The notes beneath the pieces were generated by a model that saw only the letters and a program-made list of their open reading frames with translations, searched no databases and was not told the DNA's origin. Of a stretch of 64,000 nt of DNA, positions 9,651 through 25,150 are shown in pieces (the first letter of the stretch is position 1; every line of letters begins with the position of its first letter). The translations under genes and the position numbers were made by a program. The DNA is taken from the NCBI GenBank assembly GCA_951406725.2, contig OX597815.1, positions 44,950,001 through 45,014,000 on the forward strand. The letters run 5' to 3'. The stretch is from Octopus vulgaris (lineage: Eukaryota).

Positions 9651-11530
9651 CTCTTATTATAAAAGGCAGATTTTATCTGCCTCCCTTTGGGAGTTATACA
9701 AATCTACAATATAGGATTTCTTCAATTACAATTTACCTAGCAATTTTAAGAGTACAATGCATCGCGTCATGCCAGCTCCAGTTTTTAAAATTTAAACTCC
9801 AATTAAGCAAAATTTACAGAAAACTCACATTCTGGTGTGTGTGTCAAATGCTTTTCTTAGTCTGGTTTACAGCACACGCAAACGCACACACACAGTGGGC
9901 AACGAATAAAATGAAACTAGATGTAATATTTGTTACTGTCCATGAACGCTGATAGATACATGAGTAAAATGTATGGGAAGCTAACAAATAGAGTGAGTGA
10001 AAATGTTCTTGGAAGAGAGTAAATTTGAAGCTTGAGAACAATCAGATACATTTGCAACACATCTGTTGAAAATATTATTATTCACACACATACATATACA
10101 TATATACATACAGACAGACAGACAGATAGACACACACACACACACACACACACACATGATCCAGCATGGCCACAACCTCAAGGCTGAAACATATAAAAGA
10201 ATAACAGAATATAAATGTGTGCATGTGTGTGAGAGAGAGAGGGTGTGTGTGTATATGTATGTATGTATGTATGTATATATATATAATAATGCGGTTTTTT
10301 CAACAGCTTGAACTAAAAGTCAGAGGGGAATGGGATAAACTACTTATATTAACTTGCTATAAAAGCAGGTAGTAATTTTATCTTGTCCTTATTCATAGTG
10401 CAAGTTTTGAAGAGTGCATTTCGATTTTAACAGCTATTTTTTTCAAAGCTATGTTGGAAGTAACAAAGGAGCATATTTGGCATATTTTGCTTTATGAGTT
10501 CAATAAAGACAACAACGCAACGGAAAGTACAAGAAATATTAATGCAGTATATGGGGATTGGACAATAAGCGTAAGGCAGTGTCAATGGTGGTTCCAGAAA
10601 TTCCGAGCCATAAACTACAGCCTAGAAGACGAGCCTCATCCTGAAAGATCTGTAGAACTCGACAAGGACATCCTGAAAACCCTGGTGGAACAAAATCTCA
10701 TCGTAATTGTTGAGGAACTAGCAGAGAAGCTTGGATTTGGTCATTCAACCATTCATTGAGACCTGTGTGCTATCGGAAAAGTCAGCAAATTGGGTCAATG
10801 GGTTCCTCACGAACTTTCCGAGTCTAATTGCATGCAGAGAGTGAATGTATGCTTTTCTTTGCTGTCACATCTCACCACTACTGCGCTATGTATATCTATA
10901 TATATAAAACTGTAGTTGTGTGAGTGTCTGTCCCCTTCGATTTAGATTCCTAACTACTCCCACATTTTGCGGTGCAGTTTAACCAAATTCGGGTAGCTTA
11001 TAGTCGTGATTCATATCGAGCCCGTCTGAGTATTAGCGCGCGTCTACGATGAGTCTACGATTTTAAAAATAATTTAACATCATTTTTTATTCCATTTTAA
11101 TGCATAATTTTTCGTGTGTCGATGGCGGCGGAGTTGGCGTCCACGCTCACACCCGCACCTGTGGGGAAGGGAGTGTAAGGAAATCAACGTCGTAATGCGT
11201 TGTCAAGGAGACCAGCGTTCTTTTAGAACAACGACTTCATGGCTTGAAGACACCAAAACAGAAATGGCTATGAAAGCGTCTACATGAGTCTACGATTTAA
11301 AAAAAAAATTACCATCGTTTTTTTTTCCATTTTAATGCATTTTTTCGCTATTATATAAGGAAGTAACTCTCTAAAAATGTCTACGATGAGTCAACGATTT
11401 AAAAAAAAATTTACCATCATATTTTTCCATTTTTAATGTATTTTTTGCTACTTTTTGGCTATAACTCTCTAAAAATGCTTATATAGTTATTTCCCTTACA
11501 ATCCCGAGCAACGCCGGGCGATACTGCTAG
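9650..11530 (+). mobile_element. Compound non-autonomous Helitron insertion in U2 (5' ends at 9650 and 10895, 3' end at 11530)
   Basis: A|TCTCTTATTATAAAAGGCAG start, a second TCTATATATATAAAA start, and the 3' hairpin CCCGAGCAACGCCGGG plus CTAG|T. Absent at this site in other units. Confidence 0.75.
10285..10876 (+). pseudogene. mariner transposase 5' fragment (HTH + WVPHEL), with premature stop
   Basis: ORF 10451-10759 (HILLYEFNK..NA..QWWFQKFR..LEDEP), then TGA, then in-frame KLGQWVPHELSE at 10787-10822. A partial TIR AATAATGCGGTTTTT lies upstream. Confidence 0.9.
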
Positions 11531-11689
11531 TATATATATAAATATATATATACATACAAAAATACACTGTTGTTGATGTTGAAACCCCAATGAAGGAACC
11601 TTGGATTTAGGTTAGAAAACGGTTCTTTCTATATTGGCAAGAAATCTTGAAATAAACTGAATAATGACGTACATACATACATACATACA

Positions 11690-11721
<32 letters not shown>

Positions 11722-12432
11722 CACACACACACTCATATATACATCTTCACACGTCCTGTTTTGTATTGAATGTATGGGCCGTTGTAGCAAAGAATTATAG
11801 TTGTTGTTAATTTCAGAATATATAAAAGTGAACAAAGAATAGCAGCAAAATAGTTGGTTCGATGCCAGGTTTCAAATCTCAGCTGAATGTGTTGCTCATT
11901 TTTTTAGATATTTAATACCATTTTAATGGTTTCGGTATTTGATACATAAGAGATGTTCCTTTTTTTTTCCTCAATCGGTTCTACACTTCGAATCTCGCTG
12001 GTATTATTGAATTTCTATTGCTGCAGAGTTTATTAAACAAATACCAGTAACATCATTGGCATTATTCTATGAACCGAGTAATGAAAGAGAAATAAAAGCA
12101 AGGCATAATCCGCAGTAAAAAAAAGTAGAACTTTGGAATTTTTTCAATTTTTCAAATACACTTGAAAGACAAAGATATGAATGCTATAAATCGTAATTTC
12201 AAAACTCCGACATTTTGAGAATGCAAAAAAGAAAGTATTCTATAGTTACGTCATCACAATTACATGATTTCTTAAACACAAATTGAAAGAATGGAAGATT
12301 TTAAAACAAATATTATTGCGTTCTATTATACCTTTAGTCGAGAACTTTTGAGATATTCCATAAATGACGTATGTTTAACCCCGCCCACTTTTGGTATTTT
12401 GGGCTATAAAAGGCCAGCGATTTCTCATTTCT

Positions 12433-13995
12433 ATCGAGGCACCAGCACCGATCTAATCTGACATGATCTCAACTGATCTCGATCGGGGAAATTATAATCA
12501 GGTCAGTTGACATCAGGTCAACATACTTGGTTACTGGTAAGTATACCAGGTGAGTACAAAACGAATCTTTGTTTTGTTGACTTGCCAAGTCAGCATTAAA
12601 GTCTCCTTAGATGAGCATAAAATTATGTAAACTTGCTTGTTTACGTGCCCGTAACTTAGCGGTTCGGCAAAAATACCGATAAGGTACCAGGCCCAGCAGA
12701 TCACTTTTAATTTCCTCGATGATTAATTTGTATCACTTGCATTCTATAGGAGCTCTGGGGTTCGATGAGAACCAACTTACCAACCTAGTCTGAAGGGAAT
12801 AACACCTCGGTATTCTAGGACGAAGAAATCATGTAATTGTGATGTAATTGTGATGACGTAACAATGCTTCGTGACAGGGTCCTCTTTCTCAGCCCTATCT
12901 AGCTCAGAGCCGGATATATAGAACCCTGTCACGAAGCATTCCATTCTTCGTCCTAGAATACCGAGGTGTTATTCCCTTCAGACCAGGTTGGTAAGTTGGT
13001 TCTCATCGAACGCAGCCACCCTTACCCGTCTTGTGGATTAGCCAGAGTCTCTATAGAATACCGAGGTGTTATTTGTCAAGAGTGCCTAACGGCACTCCTT
13101 CTGCCATTCAGATTACATCTAATCAGACCGGGTTTAAATCTTTCCAGCGAGGCCGGTTGCAGCAAGAACTCCTCCGCCAGCAGACTCCTTAACACCCTCC
13201 AGGTGGCACCAGAGATATCTCAATCTCCCCAAACAACTCTTTAGCGGTTCCTGGCAGCACACGGAGCGCTTCACAAGTGATTTTCCCCCTCTCCACAAAA
13301 AGCGAAATAAGGAGTCGTTCCAGCTTGTTTAGCCCGATTCCTTCGACTAAAAATTGAAAGCGGTGCTCCTAACTTAACGGTTCGGCAAAAGGACCAATGA
13401 AACATAAGTACCAGCGTTTCAAAAAAGCGCCCGATTCCTTCGACTAAAAATTGAAAGCGGTTCCTTCGACTAAAAATTGAAAGCGGAGCTCCTAACTTAG
13501 CGGTTCGGCAAAAGGACCCCGATTCCTTCGACTAAAAATTGAAAGCGGTGCTCCTAACTTAGCGGTTCGGCAGCGGTTCGGCAAAAGGACCAATAAAACA
13601 TAAGTACCAGCGTTTCAAAAAAGCGCCCGATTCCTTCGACTAAAATTTGAAAGCGGTGCTCCTAACTTAGCGGTTCGGCAAAAGGACCAATAAACAATGA
13701 TTAGGTCGGTTTTATGAACCCTTGAGTCTTTAAACACCCTCTGCAACATGCTGGTTGGTGTCATAACATAGTTGCAAGGTGTACGGGGAGTGTCACGTGA
13801 CCGTATAGACTCTTAACCAGGCTCTTCCAGTGCAGGAAACCTGGGGTTCCAACCAGAAATCGCAGTAATGTTTTAACTTCTACGTCTTGCCCTTTATTTT
13901 ACAGGTAAAGGGCATATAGTTGATTCAAGAATTCACTGCACTTACAATTAAACTTGATATAAAACTTGGCAAATAAAATATTTTAATGGTTTCGT
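12433..13995 (+). ncRNA. Predicted two-exon ncRNA gene, U2 copy
   Basis: TATA 12405, donor 12537, acceptor 13904, AATAAA 13972. Confidence 0.55.
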
Positions 13996-16232
13996 TTGTT
14001 TTAGTATGAGTGAGGAAGAGAGGCTGATTGGAACGTTTTAATACGAATAAAATACAATAGAAATTTTTCGTTTATATTTGTGTTAATAGTATTGTTTCAG
14101 TGAGGAGCAGTGAGGGGTATTGTTTCAGTGGTGGGAAGAGAACAAAGTTGATAAAATTCCCTTGACTCTACAATCATGGACATAGTCACCGCCCTTTATA
14201 AGCGGCGTCGTATTTGCAGGTTATGGTACTGGAATGACTTGTTCCCAGTATGTTTTCTCACCCCTTCCGTGATCAATAAAAATGAATCAAGTGCCTTATA
14301 TTAGCGGAATACTTTTCTCGGTATTTGATCGGATTATCTACATTCAATTCAAACCTCTCTTGGAACCAACTTTACTATTCTTCGTTTTTTCTCGATCGAT
14401 ATAAAAAAATCAAGCCAGAACGGTCGATTGGCAGAACCATATGTGGGCGTTGTGATAGTTACAGCAATGCAGGTGTTAAATCACCTGAATGTAAGTCAAT
14501 AGGCGGCCACCTGTAAGTCAATAGGCTGCCACCGTTGTGACTTCCAGTTTCGTGCATAAATAGCGTAGGCCTCCCTTGGTCGATGTTATCATGCATCTAC
14601 ACTTCCACGTACCAAACTTATCGGCCTATAATAATCTTGCATGCATGGGCGGGTAGTCTTCTTCAAAACGTCAGGACCAGGTACGCACTTAGAATAGATA
14701 CATGAACGTCGACCAGGGTGGGGCTACGCACTCTATGCACGAAAGTAGAGATCACAATGGTGCCCGCCTTTTGATTTACATTCAGAGGTAAAAACCGATA
14801 TCAAATTAAGACGTTACTATTGCTACACTTACTGCTGCTACACATCCTGAGAGACACTCGGTTGAATAGCTCTCCATCACTAACAGGCACACTCCAGCCC
14901 CAGGCCCGCACGAGACCTCTGAAACATTACTGACGATGCATCCCAGAGCATCTGCAAGTATTAGTAGTAGTAAGTAGTAAGTAGTAGTTAGGGTTAGTGT
15001 TTGATTTTGAAATTAAGGGAAAAAATGCATAGAAAAGATACATATACATACATACACTTACATACACGCACACACGTACACACATGCACACATATATTAA
15101 TAAATAAAATAAAATTTTAATTAGGACACCAAGTCAGGGTCAAGATTAGATCATCATGCATATATCCATGCACATACAGACGTATTTTGAACTTTGCATA
15201 AACATGTACATGAACAAATCAAGATATACATCCATATAAATATCCATGTATATGAAATTATGCATGCTGGCATGCTGTTTCCCGATCCACTGATTTCCTG
15301 ACCCAACGTAGGGAAGTTTCTAGGTGTAGTGTTTACATAAAGAAAGAATACAAGTGTGTTAAGCTTCACTACATGTTTTTAAAGATAATGATTTTCATTT
15401 CATTATAAACATATTTTGCAAGTAAGAATGTTTCGTAATTCTTTGACTATGAGTGAGAGAATTGTGTGTGTGTGTGTGTGCGCGTATGTGCGGTTATGTG
15501 TGTGCGCAAATGTGTGTGAGTTTGTGTGTGTGCATTTTCGTGTGTACGCGTGAGTCTGTGTGCTTGTGTGTATAGATGGAATGATTTAAGATAACCGTCT
15601 ACATAGATAACTAGCTAGCTGAATACATAAAATAAAAAGATCGATTAGATTAGATTAGATTAGATTAGATTGGGTGGATGGATGGATGGATGGACGGATG
15701 GATGAATGGATGGATGGATGGATGGATGGATGGATGGATGGAAGATGGATGGATGGATGGTTGGATGGACGGATGGATGAATGGATAGATGGATGGAAGG
15801 TGGATGGATGGATGGATGGACGGACGGACGGATGGATCCCTGGATGGGTGGATGGATAGGTCCATAGATGGATGGGATAGCGATAGAAATAAGAGATGGA
15901 TGGATGGATGAATGGATGATCGATGAAATGATGGATCGATGGATGGAAGGATGGATGGATGGGTAGGTAGATGAATGGATGGATGGATGGAGATTGGTAG
16001 AGATAAGGATAGCGATAGAGACAAGAGATGGATCGATGGATGGATGGAAGGCTGGATGCCTGGATGGATGGATGGATAGATGGATGGAGATAGTGATAAG
16101 GATAGCGAAAGAAATAGTGATAGATAGAGATAGATATAGATAGATAGATAGATAGATAGATCTAGAGAGAGAGAAATGTATGTTTGTTTGTATTATCAGT
16201 CTACATGTTCCTAAAAAAGAAACATTGTATAA

Positions 16233-16273
<41 letters not shown>

Positions 16274-16458
16274 TGTATATAAGTGCTCTTCTTATTGTCA
16301 ATGTTCGAGAGGTTTATCGCATTAATTATAAATTCAGTTATATTTTTATTTGAATTATTCTTATTTATTTCTTATTTGACTTTTATTTATTTTCGTTTGG
16401 AGAAACATTCCATGATCGTTAATGTTTTATTATTTCTCTGTTTACAAGGAATCAATGC

Positions 16459-16531
<73 letters not shown>

Positions 16532-16670
16532 CAATTTAGAAATTTGACAATCGTCTGGGTAATCACATACTCCTTGTAGTATGTGATGGTCAAATGGATG
16601 TCGTCTGTTACTGTAGATTTCCTAGATCAAAATGGACCTGGAGCTAAGCAATAACAATAAAAATATTTCA

Positions 16671-16790
16671 AACACTACCTTTATCATACTGAAAAGATCG
16701 GTTCTCGTCTGATCACCGAAGTTAAGCAACGCCGAGTCTAATTAGTACTTAGATGAGTGATTGCTTCGGGAACCTACATGCTGTAATTAG
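16671..16790 (+). pseudogene. 5S rRNA-derived pseudogene (U2)
   Basis: Near-identical to 6992-7111. Confidence 0.85.
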
Positions 16791-17237
16791 TTTCAGATGC
16801 TGGCGTGGCTGTATGTTGTAAGAAGTTTGCTTCCGAACCATAAAGTTCCGGATTCAAACCAACTGCGTGACATCTTGGGCAAGCGTCTTCGGCAAAAGCG
16901 GTTCAGCAAAAGCGACGATGAAGACGACGATGAATAGACATTATTTGTGCGGCACATCTCCTCTGCTAGTCTTTTAATCGACCTGCAGTTCACCGGGTTT
17001 GAGAAAAATGCTTACCTTTAAAAAAGAAAATACCGTTATATTTTCTTGTTTGCATTACTTTTGCAATATTTGCACGTTACAAGATGACCGACCAATCCCA
17101 TGTTAGTGGATTTGGTAAACGGAATCTGAAAGACACATGTCGTAGCAGTGCTCCAGCATGGCTTCAGTCAAATGACTGAAACAAGTTAAAGATAAAAGAT
17201 TGTGTATGTGTGTGCGTGTGTGTGTGCGTGTGCGAGT

Positions 17238-17348
<111 letters not shown>

Positions 17349-17806
17349 TCTCTGTGCTTGTCCCCGACCACCGCTTGACAACTGGTATTATGTTTACGTT
17401 CTTGTAACTTCTCAGTTCGGCAAAAGACCTCAATAGAATAAGTAGTTTACAAAAAATGAGTACTGGGGTCGATTCATTCGACTAAATCATTCTTCTAAGC
17501 GGTGCCCCAGCATGGCCACATTATAATGACTGAAACAAGATAAAAGATATTTTCGTGCTCGGTGTCACTAGAACTCGATATCGATGATGAGTGAGAAGCC
17601 GATCAAGAAGCCATGGCGTCTCCTCTTTCAGCGTGGAACCGGCTGAAGACTAACAGCACCACTCTGTCTTCGTGTGCTGGAGGGATGAAAATAGAGATTA
17701 GAGATAGGAGATTAGCGAATGGTGGGAAATCACTAAGAAAAGCTGCAACATTAATGAAACTAGATAAAAATCAAATAAAATAGACATATAAATATATGTG
17801 TGTGTG

Positions 17807-17855
<49 letters not shown>

Positions 17856-18482
17856 ATATTAGGGTAGTGGAACGGGTAAAATCTAGACTACATATGTTTC
17901 TTAGCGAGCCGGTCCTCTAATGTAATAATTACTCAACGAGAGACACTCTGCTTAGCTAATCATCAGGCCGAGAATACCTTAATTACATAAACGTTACATT
18001 GTCGCTTGGAATGTCAAAGTTAACTCACCGCAGATGTGCGCTGAAATAAGTAGTGAAACTTGAAGAATAGAATAATAAAAAAACAAATACTTGAAGAAAT
18101 AAAACGGCCAAAAAGGATGGGGTCAAATATGTGGGAGTAGAAGTCGTATAAAAAAGAAAGAAAAGGAAAAAAATAAATGAAAGAAAGCAGTAGACGTTAC
18201 TCCCTACGGAGATCCGCAACTACGCGGTTTTTCGAAAGGGATTCAATGTCCGATGTAATGTTGAGACTGGGACACAACGAACTAATTAATATGCTGACTG
18301 AAGTAGATATGATATAGATAAGTACCAAGCGCTCCTAGACGATAATTTGATAAATTTTGGTAAAGACCGCAGTTAGCAGTCGATCAACTATCGAAAATTT
18401 AAGGGTCTTCTTGGGTCCGTTTAAGCCAAAAATTGTCTGGGAGAAGCAATGAAGAGTCCAGATTGAGAAAGAAACGCAGCTC

Positions 18483-18598
<116 letters not shown>

Positions 18599-18809
18599 CA
18601 CCATCGTTATATATTTAACTATTTTCCTCTATGTTATCACAACTTTCAACTAACTTTTCTAATCGTAAAATAAATACCTCACGCCATGGACACATCTCTC
18701 GCCCTCTTTTCTTTCGCCATCATTTTCTCTAATCACGTGAAAGCGTTTCCGACAGGCCAAGTAACGTGTATGTATGTGTGCATGAATGTACGACATACAC
18801 ACACACACG

Positions 18810-18887
<78 letters not shown>

Positions 18888-19293
18888 CATAGATACATAT
18901 ACACAAGAGTACATACAAGTTCAGGTTTATACCTGTAATTATTGAGGTCCTGGGATATGTAATGCACTGCTTAAATACCAATCTTGAGATATTAGGCTTC
19001 CCAAAACCAGAAAGGAAACGGCTAATTCGAAGGCTACAGATCAAATCTATCACTGGAACTATAAAGATTTGTAAAACATTCCAGAAGTTAATCGTTTAAA
19101 ATATATATGTGCAAGTCTAGATATACAACTATATGCATGAGAATAAATACATAAGACATACAAATCTACACATACATGCATACATACACACACACATACA
19201 TACATACATACATACATACATACATACATACATACGTACGTACGTACGTACGTACATACATACATATATACAAACATACATACACACACACAT

Positions 19294-19328
<35 letters not shown>

Positions 19329-19445
19329 CATACAAAAATACACTGTTGTTGATGTTGAAACCCCAATGAAGGAACCTTGGATTTAGGTTAGAAACCGCTT
19401 CTTTCTATATTGGCAAGAAATCTTGAAATAAACTGAATAATGACA

Positions 19446-19477
<32 letters not shown>

Positions 19478-20200
19478 CACACACACACTCATATATACAT
19501 CTTCACACGTCCTGTTTTGTATTGAATGTATGGGCCGTTGTAGCAAAGAATTATAGTTGTTGTTGAATGGATATGTTAATTTCAGAATATATAAAAGTGA
19601 ACAAAGAATAGCAGCAAAATAGTTGGTTCGATGACAGGTTTCAAATCTCAGCTGAATATGTTGCTCATTCTTCAGATATTTAATACCATTTTAATGGTTT
19701 CGGTATTTGATACAAAAGAGATGTTCCTTTTTTTTTCCTCAATCGGTTCTACACTTCGAATCTCGCTGGTATTATTGAATTTCTATTGTTGCAGAGTTTA
19801 TTAAACAAATACCAGTAACATCATTGGCATTATTCTATGAACCGAGTAATGAAAGAGAAATAAAAGCAAGGCATAATCCGCAGTAAAAAAAAGTAGAACT
19901 TTGGAATTTTTTCAATTTTTCAGATACGCTTGAAAGACAAAGATATGAATGCTATAAATCGTAATTTCAAAACTCCGACATTTTGAGAATGCAAAAAAGA
20001 AAGTATTCTATAGTTACGTCATCACAATTACATGATTTCTTAAACACAAATTGAAAGAATGGAAGATTTTAAAACAAATATTATTGCGTTCTATTATACC
20101 TTTAGTCGAGAACTTTTGAGATATTCCATAAATGACGTATGTTTAACACCACCCACTTTTGGTATTTTGGGCTATAAAAGGCCAGCGATTTCTCATTTCT

Positions 20201-21732
20201 ATCGAGGCACCAACACCGATCTAATCTGACATGATCTCAACTTATCTCGATCGGGGAAATTATAATCAGGTCAGTTGACATCAGGTCAACATACTTGGTT
20301 ACTGGTAAGTATACCAGGCGAGTACAAAACGAAGCTTTGTTTTGTTGACTTGCCAAGTCAGCATTAAAGTCTGCTTAGATGAGCATAAAATTATGTAAAC
20401 TTCCTTGTTTACGTGCCCGTAACTTAGCGGTTCGGCAAAAATACCGATAAAGTAACAGGCCCAGCAGATCACTTTTAATTTCCTCGATGATTAATTTATA
20501 TCACTTGCATTCTATAGGAGCTCTGGGGTTCGATGAGAACCAACATACCAACCTAGTCTAAAGGGAATAACACCTCGGTATTCTAGGACGAAGAAATCAT
20601 GTAATTGTGATGTAATTGTGATGACGTAACAATGCTTCGTGACAGGGTCCTCTTTCTCAGCCCTATCTAGCTCAGATCCGGATATATAGAACCCTGTCAC
20701 GAAGCATTCCATTCTTCGTCCTAGAATACCGAGGTGTTATTCCCTTCAGACCAGGTTGGTAAGTTGGTTCTCATCGAACGCAGCCACCCTTACCCGTCTT
20801 GTGGATTAGCCAGAGTCTCTATAGAATACCGAGGCGTTATTCCCGCAGCCAGCCTTACCCGTCTTGTGGATTTGTCAAGAGTGCCTAACGGCACTCCTTC
20901 TGCCATTCAGATTACATCTAATGAGACCGGGTTTAAATCTTTCCAGCGACGCCGGTTGCAGCAAGAACTCCTCCGCCAGCAGACTCCTTAACACCCAGGT
21001 GGCACCAGAGATATCTCAGTCTCCCCAGACAACTCTTTAGCGGTTCCTGGCAGCACACGGAGCGCTTCACAAGTGATTTTCCCCCTCTCCACAAAAAGCG
21101 AAATAAGGAGTCGTTCCAGCTTGTTTAGCCCGATTCCTTCGACTAAAAATTGAAAGCGGTGCTCCTACCTTATCGGTTCGGCAAAAGGACCAATAAAACA
21201 TAAGTACCAGCGTTTCAAAAAAGCGCCCGATTCCCTCGACTAAAAATTCAAAAAAGCGACCGATTCCTTGAAATTGAAAGCGGAGCTCCTAACTTAGCGG
21301 TTCGGCAGCGGTTCGGCAAAAGGACCAATAAAACATAAGTACCAGCGTTTCAAAAAAGCGCCCGATTCCTTCGACTAAAAATTGAAAGCGGTGCTCCTAA
21401 CTTAGCGGTTCGGCAAAAGGACCAATAAAACAATGATTAGGTCGGTTTTATGAACCCTTGAGTTTTTAAACACCCTCTGCAACATGCTGGTTGGTGTCAT
21501 AACATAGTTGCAAGGTGTACGGGGAGTGTCACGTGACCGTATAGACTCTTAACCAGGCTCTTCCAGTGCAGGAAACCTGGGGGTTCCAACCAGAAATCGC
21601 AGAAATGTTTTAACTTCTACGTTTTTCCCTTTATTTTACAGGTAAAGGGCATATAGTTGATTCAAGAATTCACAGCACTTACAATTAAACTTGATATAAA
21701 ACTTGGCAAATAAAATATTTTAATGGTTTCGT
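20201..21732 (+). ncRNA. Predicted two-exon ncRNA gene, U3 copy (GC box altered)
   Basis: TATA 20173, donor 20305, acceptor 21641, AATAAA 21709. Confidence 0.5.
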
Positions 21733-21968
21733 TTGTTTTAGTATGAGTGAGGAAGAGACGCTGATTGGAACTTTTTAATACGAATAAAATACAAGAGAAA
21801 TGATCGTTAATGTTTTATTATTTCTCTGTTTACAACGAATCAATGCAACACACACACACACATCAATTTAGAAATTTGACAATCGTCTGGGTTGGACGTC
21901 GTCTGTTACTGTAGATTTCCTACATCAAAATGGACCTGGAGCTAAGCAATGACAATAAAAATATTTCA

Positions 21969-22088
21969 AACACTAATTTTATCATACTGAAAAGATCGGT
22001 TCTCGTCTGATCACCGAAGTTAAGCAACGCCGAGTCTAATTAGTACTTAGATGAGTGATTGCTTCGGGAACCTACATGCTGTAATTAG
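21969..22088 (+). pseudogene. 5S rRNA-derived pseudogene (U3)
   Basis: Near-identical to 6992-7111. Confidence 0.85.
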
Positions 22089-22521
22089 TTTCAGATGCTG
22101 ACCTGGCTGTATGTTGTAAGAAGTTTGCTTCCGAACTACAAAGTTCCGGATTCAAACCCACTGCGTGACATCTTCGGCATGCGTCTTCGGCAAAAGCGGT
22201 TCAGCAAAAGCGACGGTGAAGACGACGATGAATAGACATTATTTGTGCGGCACATCTCCTCTGCTAGTCTTTTAATCGACCTGCAGTTCACCGGGTTTGA
22301 GAAAATGCTTACCTTTAAGAAAAAAATACGGTTATATTTTCTTGTTTGCATTACTTTTGCAATATTTACACGTTACAAGATGACCGACCAAACCCTTTGG
22401 TAAACGGAAACTGAAAGACACATGTCGTAGCAGTGCTCCAGCATGGCTTCAGTGTAATGACTGAAACAAGTTAAATAATGAAAGAATGTGTATGTGTGTG
22501 CGTGTGCGTGTGCGAGTGCGA

Positions 22522-22552
<31 letters not shown>

Positions 22553-23038
22553 TGTGTGTGTGTGTGTTTGTCTCTGTGCTTGTCCCCGACCACCGCTTGA
22601 CAACTGGTATTATGTTTACGTTCTTGTAACTTCGCAGTTCGTCAAAAGACCTCAATAGAATAAGTAGTTTACAAAAAAATGAGTACTGGGGTCGATTCAT
22701 TCCACTAAAACATTCTTCTAAGCGGTGCCCCAGCATGGCCACATTATAATGACTGAAACAAGATAAAATATATTTTCGTGCTCGGTGTCACTAGTACTCG
22801 ATGTCGATGATGTGTGAGAAGCCGATCAAGAAGCCATGGCGTCTCCTCTTTCAGCGTGGAACCGGTTGAAGACTAACAGCACCACTCTGTCTTCCTGTGC
22901 TGGTGAGATGTAAAAAGAGATTAGAGATAGGAGATTAGCGAATGGTGGGAAATCACTAAGAAAACCTGCAAAACATTAATGAAACTAGATAAAAATCAAT
23001 AAAATAGACACATATATATATGTGTGTGTGTGTGTATG

Positions 23039-23098
<60 letters not shown>

Positions 23099-23656
23099 AA
23101 TTGAGGGAGTGGAACGGGTAAAATCTAGACTACATATGTTTCTTAGCGAGCCGATCTTCTAATGTAATAATTATTCAACGAGAGACACTATGCTTAGCTA
23201 ATCATCAGGCCGAGAATACCTTAATTACATAAACGTTACATTGTCGCTTGGAATGTCCAAGTTAACTCACCGCAGATGTGCGCTGAAATGAGTAGTGAAA
23301 CTTGAAGAACAGAATAATAAAAAACAAATACTTGAAGAAATAAAACGGCCAAGAAGTAGGAAAGCAAAGGATGGGTTCAAATATGTGGGAGTAGAAGTCG
23401 TATAAGAAAGAAAGAACAGGAAAAAAATAAATGAAAGAAAGCAGTAGACGTTACTCCCTACGGAGATCCGCAACTACGCGGTTTTTCGAAAGGGATTCAA
23501 TGTCCGATGTAATGTTGAGACTGGGACACAACGAACTAATTAATATGCTGACTGAATCAGATATGATATAGATAAGTACCAAGCGCTCCTAGACAATAAT
23601 TTGATAAATTTTGGTGAAGTAATTTTGGTAAAGACCGCAGTTAGCAGATAGCAGTC

Positions 23657-25150
23657 GAAGCTTTGTTTTGTTGACTTGCCAAGTCAGCATTAAAGTCTGC
23701 TTAGATGAGCATAAAATTATGTAAACTTCCTTGTTTACGTGCCCGTAACTTAGCGGTTCGGCAAAAATACCGATAAAGTACCAGGCCCAGCAGATCACTT
23801 TTAATTTCCTCGATGATTAATTTGTATCACTTGCATTCTATAGGAGCTCTGGGGTTCGATGAGAACCAACTTACCAACCTAGTCTAAAGGGAATAACACC
23901 TCGGTATTCTAGGACGATGAAATCATGTAATTGTGATGTAATTGTGATGACGTAACAATGCTTCGTGACAGGGTCCTCTTTCTCAGCACTATCTAGCTCA
24001 GAGCCGGATATATAGAACCCTGTCACGAAGCATTCCATTCTTCGTCCTATAATACCGAGGTGTTATTCCCTTCAGACCAGGTTGGTAAGTTGGTTCTCAT
24101 CGAACGCAGCCACCCTAACCCGTCTTGTGGATCAGCCAGAGTCTCTATAGAATACCGAGGTGTTATTCCCGCAGCCAGCCTTACCTGTCTTGTGGATTTG
24201 TCAAGAGTGCCTAACGGCACTCCTTCTGCCATTCAGATTACGTCTAATGAGACCGGGTTTAAATCTTTCCAGCGAGGCCGGTTGCAGCAAGAACTCCTCC
24301 GCCAGCAGACTCCTTAACACCCAGGTGGCACCAGAGATATCTCAGTCTCCCCAGACAACTCTTTAGCGGTTCCTGGCAGCACACGGAGCGCTTCACAAGT
24401 GATTTTCCCCATCTTCACAAAAATAAGGAGTCGTTCCAGCTTGTTTAGCCAGATTCCTTCGACTAAAAATTGAAAGCGGTGCTCCTAACTTAACGGTTCG
24501 GCAAAAGGCCCAATAAAACATAAGTACCAGCGTTTCAAAAAAGCGCCCGATTCCTTCGACTAAAAATTGAAAGCGGTTCCTTCGACTAAAAATTGAAAGC
24601 GGAGCTCCTAACTTAGCGGTTCGGCAAAAAGACCAATAAAACATAAGTACCAGCGTTTCAAAAAAGCGCCCGATTCCTTCGACTAAAAATTGAAAGCGGT
24701 GCTCCTAACTTAGCGGTTCGGCAGCGGTTCGGCAAAAGGACCAATAAAACATAAGTACCAGCGTTTCAAAAAAGCGCCCGATTCCTTCGACTAAAAATTG
24801 AAAGCGGTGCTCCTAACTTAGCGGTTCGGCAAAAGGACCAATAAAACAATGATTAGGTCGGTTTTATGAACCCTTGAGTCTTTAAACACCCTCTGCAACA
24901 TGCTGGTTGGTGTCATAACATAGTTGCAAGGTGTTCGGGGAGTGTCACGTGACCGTATAGACTCTTAACCAGGCTCTTCCAGTGCAGGAAACCTGGGGTT
25001 ACCAACCAGAAATCGCAGAAATGTTTTAACTTCTACGTCTTGCCCTTTATTTTACAGGTAAAGGGCATATAGTTGATTCAAGAATTCACAGCACTTACAA
25101 TTAAACTTGATATAAAACTTGGCAAATAAAATATTTTAATGGTTTCGTTT
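23657..25150 (+). pseudogene. Promoterless copy of the ncRNA gene lacking exon 1 (intron hairpin and exon 2 retained), U4
   Basis: A deletion junction at ~23657 removes the promoter, exon 1 and donor. Acceptor 25057 and AATAAA 25125 remain. Confidence 0.5.
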
